Assembly: GCA_964369825.1 (NCBI GenBank)
Contig: CAYJHV010000001.1
Coordinates: forward strand, 1-28,953
From: an uncultured Desulfovibrionaceae bacterium
Lineage (GTDB): Bacteria > Desulfobacterota > Desulfovibrionia > Desulfovibrionales > Desulfovibrionaceae
DNA length: 28,953 bases
Direction: 5' to 3'
Made by a program: the position numbers and the translations under genes. The notes beneath the pieces are model-generated. The model saw only the letters and a program-made list of their open reading frames with translations, made no database searches and was not told the DNA's origin. This document shows, in pieces, positions 24,919-28,953 of this stretch. Numbering within the stretch: the stretch's first letter is position 1; the number at the start of each line of letters is the position of its first letter.

Positions 24919-26739
24919 TTATTTTTGGATTACTTTAGTATTTTTATGCAGTTCTTCAACAATTTTCCAATCTTTTACCCTTAGTTCGACACTGTCCATC
25001 CCGTTAAAGGTAGCAATAAGAGGTGTATAAACTAAGTGTATATGTTTATTAACCAAGGTTAACGGTAACTCTTGAGCTTTGCGCCATACCTTAGCATGGA
25101 GAGTAATACCGGTACTTTCATCAAACACCTGCATTAAAACATGAGTTTTATTTTGACCAAAATAGCGAAGTGCCTTAATGCGTAAGGGTAAAGATGCAAA
25201 GGAAGGTTCTGTATTGCCCATGCCAAAAGGTTGTAAAAGCTCAAGTTCATGTAAAAAAATACTATCAGATGCCGCAGAAAAATCCAATACGGTATCTACG
25301 GTTAAAGAAGATACCGGAGTTTCGCCACTAAGATTTTCTTTGACGATATTGTTAAATTTTTCTTGAAAATCCTGCAAGTTTTCTGAAGCAATACTTAAAC
25401 CGGCTGCCAATTTATGCCCACCATAAGCAATAAGCAGGTCAGACAATTGACTTAAGCCGTCATGAAGATGAAATTCCCCTATGGAACGCCCCGAGCCTTT
25501 AATGCTACTTTTTCCGTCACAAAGAATAAATGTTGGCAGATAAAACTCTTCCACTATGCGTGATGCCACAATACCAATAATGCCTTGATGCCAGTGCGGC
25601 GCATATAAAACAAGCCCTACCATTCCCTTGGCCACTTGCTCTTCCGCCTGCAAACGAGCTTCTTGATGTATAATTTCTTCATCAAGCCGTCTTTGTGTAT
25701 TGAAGGCATCAAGTTCATTTGCCAAGCGCATGGCTTGATCAAGATCCTCACTTATTAGTAAATTTAAAGCCGTTTTAGCATGACCCATACGTCCTGCCGC
25801 ATTAATACGTGGTGCCAGTGAGAAAACAATTTGGCTTGCATTTAATTTGGCAGTTCGTTCAAACTTACAGATAAGCTTTAAAGCTCCAAGCCCCACTCGT
25901 TCGGCATCTGCTATGCATAGCAAGCCATTTTTTACAAGTATTCGGTTTTGACCTGATAAATTTACCATGTCGGCAAGGGTACCCAAGGCAACCAAGTCGA
26001 GCACTTTGCGCATATCAAACTCTATACCGCTGTGCTTTTGTAAAATTTTATTCACGGCATACATTAAAATAAATGCTATACCAACGCCTGCCAAATCCAC
26101 ACAAGGACAATCTCCCATACGTGGATTGCAAATGGCATCCGCCGCCGGTAAAACTTCCGGAGGCAAATGGTGGTCAGAAATAATAACGGACAAACCTAAT
26201 TTTTTGGCATGGGCTATGGCTTCAAAATCAGAAATACCACAATCCACCGTAATTATGACATCAGCACCTTGTTTTGCCAAAAGTTCAATATTTTCTTTAT
26301 TTAAACCATAGCCTTCGTCATATCGATCCGGAATATGCGCCATGCCCTCATAGCCGTGAGCTTTCAGCACATTGAGCACAAGGGCTGTTGAAGTTATACC
26401 GTCTACGTCATAATCGCCCCAAATGGCTATTTTTTTTCCTTCCAATAAAAGTTTTACTATTGTTTCTGCAGATTGTTCAACTCCGGCATACAAATGAGGA
26501 TGTGCCAACAAGCGTAGATTGGGCGTAAGAAAGTTCTGGATTTCTTTTTCTTCTTGAATGCCGCGAACCTGTAAAATATGGAGCAATAAGGGTGAGATGC
26601 CAAGCGCGTGTGCTTTGCCCACCTCATGGGAACTCATGGAAGTTAGAGCCGAAAAAGATTTTATATTTTCAGGCGTTAAAACATTTTCTTCCGCTTGGGA
26701 AGATGTGTGACTTTGCTCGCGTAGCTTCCATATTTTCAC
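24919..26739 (-). CDS. recJ: Single-stranded-DNA-specific exonuclease RecJ
   Basis: GDYDVDG, EGYGL, TVDCG, SDHH, GTLADM, PRINAAGR, GSGRS, GGHKLAAG and LQPFGMGN. GTG start. Confidence 0.97.
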   Translation of the reverse strand: MKIWKLREQSHTSSQAEENVLTPENIKSFSALTSMSSHEVGKAHALGISPLLLHILQVRGIQEEKEIQNFLTPNLRLLAHPHLYAGVEQSAETIVKLLLEGKKIAIWGDYDVDGITSTALVLNVLKAHGYEGMAHIPDRYDEGYGLNKENIELLAKQGADVIITVDCGISDFEAIAHAKKLGLSVIISDHHLPPEVLPAADAICNPRMGDCPCVDLAGVGIAFILMYAVNKILQKHSGIEFDMRKVLDLVALGTLADMVNLSGQNRILVKNGLLCIADAERVGLGALKLICKFERTAKLNASQIVFSLAPRINAAGRMGHAKTALNLLISEDLDQAMRLANELDAFNTQRRLDEEIIHQEARLQAEEQVAKGMVGLVLYAPHWHQGIIGIVASRIVEEFYLPTFILCDGKSSIKGSGRSIGEFHLHDGLSQLSDLLIAYGGHKLAAGLSIASENLQDFQEKFNNIVKENLSGETPVSSLTVDTVLDFSAASDSIFLHELELLQPFGMGNTEPSFASLPLRIKALRYFGQNKTHVLMQVFDESTGITLHAKVWRKAQELPLTLVNKHIHLVYTPLIATFNGMDSVELRVKDWKIVEELHKNTKVIQK

Positions 26740-26833
26740 AATTATTTACCAATATCCCAGTTCAGAGTTCTACTCTGAATAATTTTCTCAATGTTTTTTA
26801 GAGCCGGACATAAAATCTAATTTCCATATTACC

Positions 26834-27622
26834 TTATTCTTCTGTAATAAAAATCCCTGCCTGCTGTTTGAATGGCGGCGGAATAAAATTTTTTTTATGC
26901 ATCCAATTTATAAATTTAAGCCCTGTTTCATGATTTGGATCAAATTCCAGTACTTTTAAAAGGTTTTCCATACAATTACTATAATCTTTGAGCTCAAGAT
27001 AACTGCGCGCAAGATTAAAATACAAATTTTCATCGGCACTGGTTAATTCAATGGCTCTTATATAATAATCACAAGCTTCACGATGCATGGAACTTTTACG
27101 CAAAGAAATCCCAAAATCATTGAACAAATGTTTATGCTTTGGTTCAAATGCTCCTTCAAGGCGTATAAGTCTTTCAAAAATATTCTTTGCCTTATCGGCA
27201 TCTCCGCGTTGTAAATATGTCAGACCAATACCAAAGTTTGCTCGAACATTATCTTCATCAATTTTGAGCGCCGTTCCATATTCATGTTCGGCAGCAAAAT
27301 TTTCACCTTTTTGACGATGATCATCACCGGCTTCCACATTTCTTTGCAATTCTTGCATCTTTGGAAGCACAGATCCCATATAAAATTCCGGTTCGGGCGA
27401 ATATTTTTCTATGAGCTCATCTAAGGTTATGGTACGCTTTGGTCCTGAAGGTACATAATTATTGTTTAAAGGCTGGCATTCCAGTTTTCCGTCTGCTATG
27501 GTTTCAATAAACCAATACCCTTTTTGTACTGTACGCCTTGTGGTGGTACCCGTACCGATTTTCTTAATTTCCTGAGTGGAGAAAACCCCTTTCACATAAT
27601 TGGGATCTTTATTTTTCTGCAT
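26834..27622 (-). CDS. Tetratricopeptide repeat protein
   Basis: TPR-like repeats in the C-terminal half (ANFGIGLTYL, LFNDFGISL, LYFNLARSYL). Confidence 0.88.
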   Translation of the reverse strand: MQKNKDPNYVKGVFSTQEIKKIGTGTTTRRTVQKGYWFIETIADGKLECQPLNNNYVPSGPKRTITLDELIEKYSPEPEFYMGSVLPKMQELQRNVEAGDDHRQKGENFAAEHEYGTALKIDEDNVRANFGIGLTYLQRGDADKAKNIFERLIRLEGAFEPKHKHLFNDFGISLRKSSMHREACDYYIRAIELTSADENLYFNLARSYLELKDYSNCMENLLKVLEFDPNHETGLKFINWMHKKNFIPPPFKQQAGIFITEE

Positions 27623-27646
27623 CTTCTTTTCTACCTTTTTAACACT

Positions 27647-28399
27647 CTAAACTTCTGCTGCCATTGCCTGCAAAATATCACGAGCAGCTTTGGCAGGATC
27701 TGCTGCCATGATGATGGGTCTGCCCACCACCAAAAAATGCGCACCGACTCGAACGGCTTCTTGCGGAGTCATTATACGACATTGATCATCTTGGTTTTCT
27801 TGCGGTAAAGGACGAATACCGGGTGTTAAACATAAAAATTCCTTACCACAAAGCCTTTGGATGTCACTTACTTCTTGCCCCGAACAGACCACGCCGTCAA
27901 GTCCAAAAGCATGTGCTTTTTGTGCAAGCTGTAAAACCAATTCTTCCACTTTTCCCTCATTTAACGGAAGATCACCCTGTTTCATACTGGTAAGTACCGT
28001 TACTCCAAAAATGAGCGGTCTTTTTTGCTTTTCCGGCGTAGTGGACAATTTTTCATCTGTAGAAAGTTTTGTGAACTCTGCCACCGCCTGCATGGCTGCC
28101 TTTGCCATATTTTCTCCGCCTTGGGTATGGATGGTCAGCAAATCCACACCTAATTTGCAGGCAGACAATACGCCTCCATGCACAGTATTTGGAATGTCAT
28201 ACATTTTTAAATCTAAAAAGATTTTAAATCCAAGGTTTTTAAGTGCGGTAACAATGGCAGATCCGCCTTGTATGTACAGTTCAAATCCAACTTTTACCCA
28301 CGGAACAACACCTTGCAATTGCTTGGCAAGATCCATGGCCTTTTGCACACTTTGTACATCGAGGGCAACAATGAGCTCAGCAGTTGTTTTATTTGCCAT
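27647..28399 (-). CDS. pyrF: Orotidine-5'-phosphate decarboxylase
   Basis: LIVALD, FLDLKMYDIPNTV, VTVLTS, TPGIRP and VVGRPI. Confidence 0.97.
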   Translation of the reverse strand: MANKTTAELIVALDVQSVQKAMDLAKQLQGVVPWVKVGFELYIQGGSAIVTALKNLGFKIFLDLKMYDIPNTVHGGVLSACKLGVDLLTIHTQGGENMAKAAMQAVAEFTKLSTDEKLSTTPEKQKRPLIFGVTVLTSMKQGDLPLNEGKVEELVLQLAQKAHAFGLDGVVCSGQEVSDIQRLCGKEFLCLTPGIRPLPQENQDDQCRIMTPQEAVRVGAHFLVVGRPIIMAADPAKAARDILQAMAAEV

Positions 28400-28953
28400 T
28401 CACACTATCCGCCGGACATTCTTGTAAAATATCATTCAAATCAAAGGATTTCTTTTTGGGAGAAAGCGTACTTGTAATATATACCGCACGCAATTGATCA
28501 TAAGATTTTTCCAAATCATTATTTACTATCCAATAATCAAACCAAGTTGCTTCCTGAATTTCATGTACTGCATTGGACATGCGCTGCGCAATTTGATCCT
28601 CGGTATTACTAGCTCGCTTTATCAAACGATTTTTCAGCTCTTCCATGGAAGGAGGCAAAATAAAAACATAACAGGCATTGGGCAAAGTCAAGCGAAGTTG
28701 AGATGCACCCTGCACGTCCACATCAAAAATAATATCTTTACCATCTTCAAGTACGCCCAAAGTTGACTCAAGAGGTGTTGCATAATAGTTTCCATGCACA
28801 AAAGCCCATTCGGCAAAGAAACCTTCCTTTCTTTTCTCTTTAAATTCTTGAATAGTAACAAAATTATAGTCCTGTGCATTTACTTCATTTGGACGCTGTT
28901 CACGTGTGGTATATGAAACGGAAAATCCAAAATTAGGAAATTCTTCTTGTAAA
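28389..28953 (-). CDS. gmk: Guanylate kinase, 5' end outside the window
   Basis: The frame stays open to the window edge: LQEEFPNFGFSVSYTTREQRPNEVNAQDYNFV...FAEWAFVHGNYYATP...FDVDVQGA...FILPPS. Confidence 0.96.
   Translation of the reverse strand, partial: LQEEFPNFGFSVSYTTREQRPNEVNAQDYNFVTIQEFKEKRKEGFFAEWAFVHGNYYATPLESTLGVLEDGKDIIFDVDVQGASQLRLTLPNACYVFILPPSMEELKNRLIKRASNTEDQIAQRMSNAVHEIQEATWFDYWIVNNDLEKSYDQLRAVYITSTLSPKKKSFDLNDILQECPADSVNGK

Noticed and set aside
28780..28880. Gly-to-Ala changes in gmk motifs (NAQDY, YYATP)
   Set aside because: These are conservative changes in an intact frame, and they cannot be assessed without an alignment.
1..28953. CRISPR array, rRNA, tRNA or transposase genes
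   Set aside because: No regularly spaced repeat-spacer pattern, RNA gene signature or transposase-like ORF was seen.

Overview
A low-GC (roughly 40% by eye) chromosomal segment whose gene content looks Desulfovibrionaceae-like (inference). Most of it is housekeeping: M23 peptidase, folK, a YHS/TRASH protein, xerD, a DHH-CBS-tRNA nucleotidyltransferase fusion, a chemoreceptor, sfsA, an aspartate aminotransferase, a hybrid histidine kinase, dut, argD, a D-Ala-D-Ala carboxypeptidase, a SWIM-SNF2 ATPase, a peptide-binding ABC protein, relA/spoT, recJ, a TPR protein, pyrF and a partial gmk. The best find lies in the first 600 bp and is missed by the ORF track. It is an apparently complete type I toxin-antitoxin-like cassette: a 23-aa hydrophobic Ibs-like peptide (435..364, minus strand, MRKLFYATVIGLMLVLLIATKAY) with a strong SD, an anti-SD and its own sigma70 promoter, plus a convergent ~130-nt sRNA (about 234-365). 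Two crossed long-range complementarities link the mRNA leader to its 3' tail, and the cassette is flanked by a duplicated back-to-back promoter module. The second notable locus is a ~390-bp nested palindrome with a MITE-like insert downstream of relA (24045-24437). No rRNA, tRNA, CRISPR array or transposase gene was seen.
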